Positions 62,531-64,000 of a stretch of DNA of 64,000 bases are shown piece after piece; the first letter of the stretch is position 1, and each line of letters begins with the position of its first letter. The translations under genes and the position numbers were made by a program. The stretch is taken from positions 35,752-99,751 of the forward strand of contig DAOWGX010000018.1 in assembly GCA_030641715.1 (NCBI GenBank). Direction: 5' to 3'. Under the pieces are notes generated by a model. That model was given only the letters and a program-made list of their open reading frames with translations. It ran no database searches and was not told the DNA's origin. This stretch comes from Nanobdellota archaeon. Its GTDB lineage: Archaea; Nanobdellota; Nanobdellia; Pacearchaeales; GW2011-AR1.

Positions 62531-62694
62531 CCCCGAACTTTTCCTCTGGAGCGTAATGGAATGAAGCGATGAGCTGAAAAGTGAGAGTGTAGCGGAGTAC
62601 AACGGAGTGGAGTTTTAATCGCTGTTAAATTCCCCGAACAGAACGAAGTGGGGTGAGAATGCAATGTGGTCGACCGAAGGGAGAAGTTCGGGGC
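62531..62694. ncRNA. candidate structured RNA (unclassified)
   Basis: 15-bp long-range helix 62531-62545/62679-62693, inner helix AGCGAT/ATCGCT (62565-70/62618-23), duplicated TTCCCCGAAC competing for a single GTTCGGGG; no convincing ORF. Confidence 0.3.
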
Positions 62695-62809
62695 TCGCTG
62701 AAAATTCGTTATTATCGTAGTTGTTGAAAGATAGTTATTAACTTTCAAGTGGTAAATAATGGAAAGATTTATAAATGTAAGCATCACACCATCTTTAAGG
62801 AGGAGCAAA

Positions 62810-63052
62810 ATGACACGTGAAAATAAATATCAAGACCTAACAAAAGAAGATCAGAGATTATATGATGTCTCGATTAGTGCAGCTCAAGAAGGATATCAAT
62901 TTGGTGAAGCTGGAGCAATCGAGGCTGTCCGAAGATTTGCAGTTGGTCTCGAACACTATAGAAACCCTGGTGTTTTAATGGCAATTAGAGATGCAAATCC
63001 AGAAAGAAGAGGTTATAATCCTAGAAGATTAGTTAATGATGCATCAAAATAA
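62810..63052 (+). CDS. hypothetical 80-aa protein
   Basis: start ATG 62810 preceded by AAGGAGG; the TATA at 62767-62776 predicts a short leader. Confidence 0.4.
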   Translation: MTRENKYQDLTKEDQRLYDVSISAAQEGYQFGEAGAIEAVRRFAVGLEHYRNPGVLMAIRDANPERRGYNPRRLVNDASK

Positions 63053-63193
63053 TAAATCTTTCTATATAATTATTTTTTATTTTTCAACAATTTCGTTAAA
63101 ATTTTGTGAGAGTTTTCTTTTATGATTTTAACGAAGATAATAACATTAGAATTTTCGGTTTTAACCCCTGTGGAGGCGAGCCTCGAATTGAGT

Positions 63194-63517
63194 TTAACAA
63201 CTTTTAACCGCAGTCCCATATGCAAGCATTTCAGAAGCTCCTGCCATTACCATTGAGGTTGTAAATCTAACGCCGATGATTGCGTCAGCTTTTAAATTTA
63301 AGGCTTCGTTGACCATTCTATTGTATGCTTCATCTCTTGAATTTTTTGTCATGTCGGTGTATGTTTTAATTTCTCCTCCGATGATGTTTTTAAATCCAGC
63401 TCCAATATCTCTTCCGATATTTCTTGCTCTTACAGTGCTTCCCTTGACAACTCCGAGGACTTTAACGATCTTTTTCCCAGGAACTTCATTTCCAGTTGTA
63501 ACTATTATATTTGTCAT
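63194..63517 (-). CDS. YbjQ/UPF0145-family protein
   Basis: IVTTGNEVPGKKI..GVVKGS.VRARNIGRDI.AGFKNIIGGE..Y, typical UPF0145. Confidence 0.85.
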   Translation of the reverse strand: MTNIIVTTGNEVPGKKIVKVLGVVKGSTVRARNIGRDIGAGFKNIIGGEIKTYTDMTKNSRDEAYNRMVNEALNLKADAIIGVRFTTSMVMAGASEMLAYGTAVKSC

Positions 63518-63711
63518 TTATTTTTACCTCCTTTTGATTCAGTTTTTATTTCTTCAATTTGGTCTTCTTTTTTATTAAAGAGAATTAAAATTCCTATAAT
63601 AAAAATAGGGATGCCATAGATTAATACTGGGAGTGCAAAAAAACTAACTGCTATTAAAATTAATCCTAAGATGATTGCAAGAGTTCCGGTTATCGTTCTG
63701 CTTAGGTTCAT
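63514..63711 (-). CDS. small two-TM protein
   Basis: 65-aa hydrophobic ORF coupled to the YbjQ-like gene. Confidence 0.4.
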   Translation of the reverse strand: MNLSRTITGTLAIILGLILIAVSFFALPVLIYGIPIFIIGILILFNKKEDQIEEIKTESKGGKNK

Positions 63712-63870
63712 AGAGTAATTATATAATTGAACTTAATAAATGTTTATTTGATTAGGATTTTGAATAAAGTTATCATAACATAGCTTTTTAAACTGATAAA
63801 AACTTTTAAGAGTGAGTATTATTGAATGTATTTCTTTAGTATTCTATGGATTGAAAGGAGTAAAAGTAAT

Positions 63871-64000
63871 ATGGAAGGAAGAAGATTTAACAACAATAAC
63901 AGAAACAGTGGTAGAGGTAACTTTGGTGGTGGAAGAAACAACTTCGATAGAGGACCTCGGGAAATGCATAAGGCAATTTGTGCTGAGTGTAAGAAAGAAT
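63871..64000 (+). CDS. RGG/Asn-rich protein with CxxC (partial; runs off the window)
   Basis: ATG 63871 preceded by AAAGGAG; MEGRRFNNNNRNSGRGNFGGGRNNFDRGPREMHKAICAECKKE.. Confidence 0.4.
   Translation, partial: MEGRRFNNNNRNSGRGNFGGGRNNFDRGPREMHKAICAECKKE

Noticed and set aside
62668-62694. GGUCGACC-GAAG-GGAGAAG resembling the SRP RNA helix-8 motif (..CCGGAAGGGAGCAAC..)
   Set aside because: The conserved AGCA of the asymmetric loop is absent. The 5' side does not match. The segment is also the 3' strand of the stronger 15-bp helix. The region is also too short and lacks other SRP or RNase P hallmarks I can recall.
63094-63133. A 9-bp inverted repeat CGTTAAAAT/ATTTTAACG between convergent genes, as a possible bidirectional terminator
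   Set aside because: The stem is almost entirely A/T and the loop is 22 nt, so it is thermodynamically weak and expected by chance in AT-rich spacer.
1-64000. Scan for CRISPR arrays, rRNA genes, IS elements or transposases, integrases, reverse transcriptases and Cas genes
   Set aside because: No regularly spaced short repeats were found. No rRNA-like conserved stretches were found. No ORF carried DDE, tyrosine/serine-recombinase, RT or Cas motifs that I could recognise by eye. This absence is provisional without HMM searches.

Overview
Identifications rest on motif recognition from memory, hand folding and hand alignment; no database search was run. The window is AT-rich archaeal DNA whose gene content suggests a reduced, fermentative (DPANN-like) genome.

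Gene content:
- **Minus-strand core cluster (8.8-21.8 kb):** rpoH, unsplit rpoB, a single fused rpoA'/A'' ORF, L30e, NusA, S12, S7, EF-2 and EF-1alpha. No S10 follows EF-1alpha.
- **Plus-strand core genes:** ileS, pheS, pheT, dphB, pyrH and tRNA-maturation genes (Trm5, archease+RtcB, CCA-adding enzyme, RNase P Rpp30).
- **tRNAs:** three intron-less genes, Lys-UUU, Trp-CCA and Thr-GGU.
- **Surface genes:** three class-III-signal pilin-like genes and two large Cys-rich secreted proteins.
- **Fermentation array (50.3-58.6 kb):** 11 tightly packed genes running from sugar catabolism (PfkB kinase, class I aldolase, 2-hydroxyacid dehydrogenase, cupin PGI, GH15, TIM) straight into a HydABC-type [FeFe]-hydrogenase.
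- **Small accessory genes:** two RelE-type TA pairs, HNH, PIN/NYN, Fic, GNATs.
- **Absent:** no rRNA, CRISPR array, transposase, integrase or reverse transcriptase is recognisable.

Promoters are very regular. A TATA 10-mer is centred 25-26 nt upstream of the ATG, which implies leaderless mRNAs. I used this spacing to refine several start codons.

The most interesting signal is a recurring T-insert-T architecture at six or more loci. AT-rich mini-cassettes are bracketed by direct copies of the adjacent core gene's terminus or promoter:
- pheT 5' end, three copies
- an 80-nt gene-end+promoter+ATG unit, three copies
- S7 3' end, two copies
- pyrH promoter, two copies
- tRNA-Lys 5' part, two copies
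- tRNA-Thr 3' part, two copies

Inserted ORFs often borrow their stop codon, promoter or start codon from the duplicated host segment. This looks like att-type or cassette-capture integration whose enzyme is not encoded in the window.
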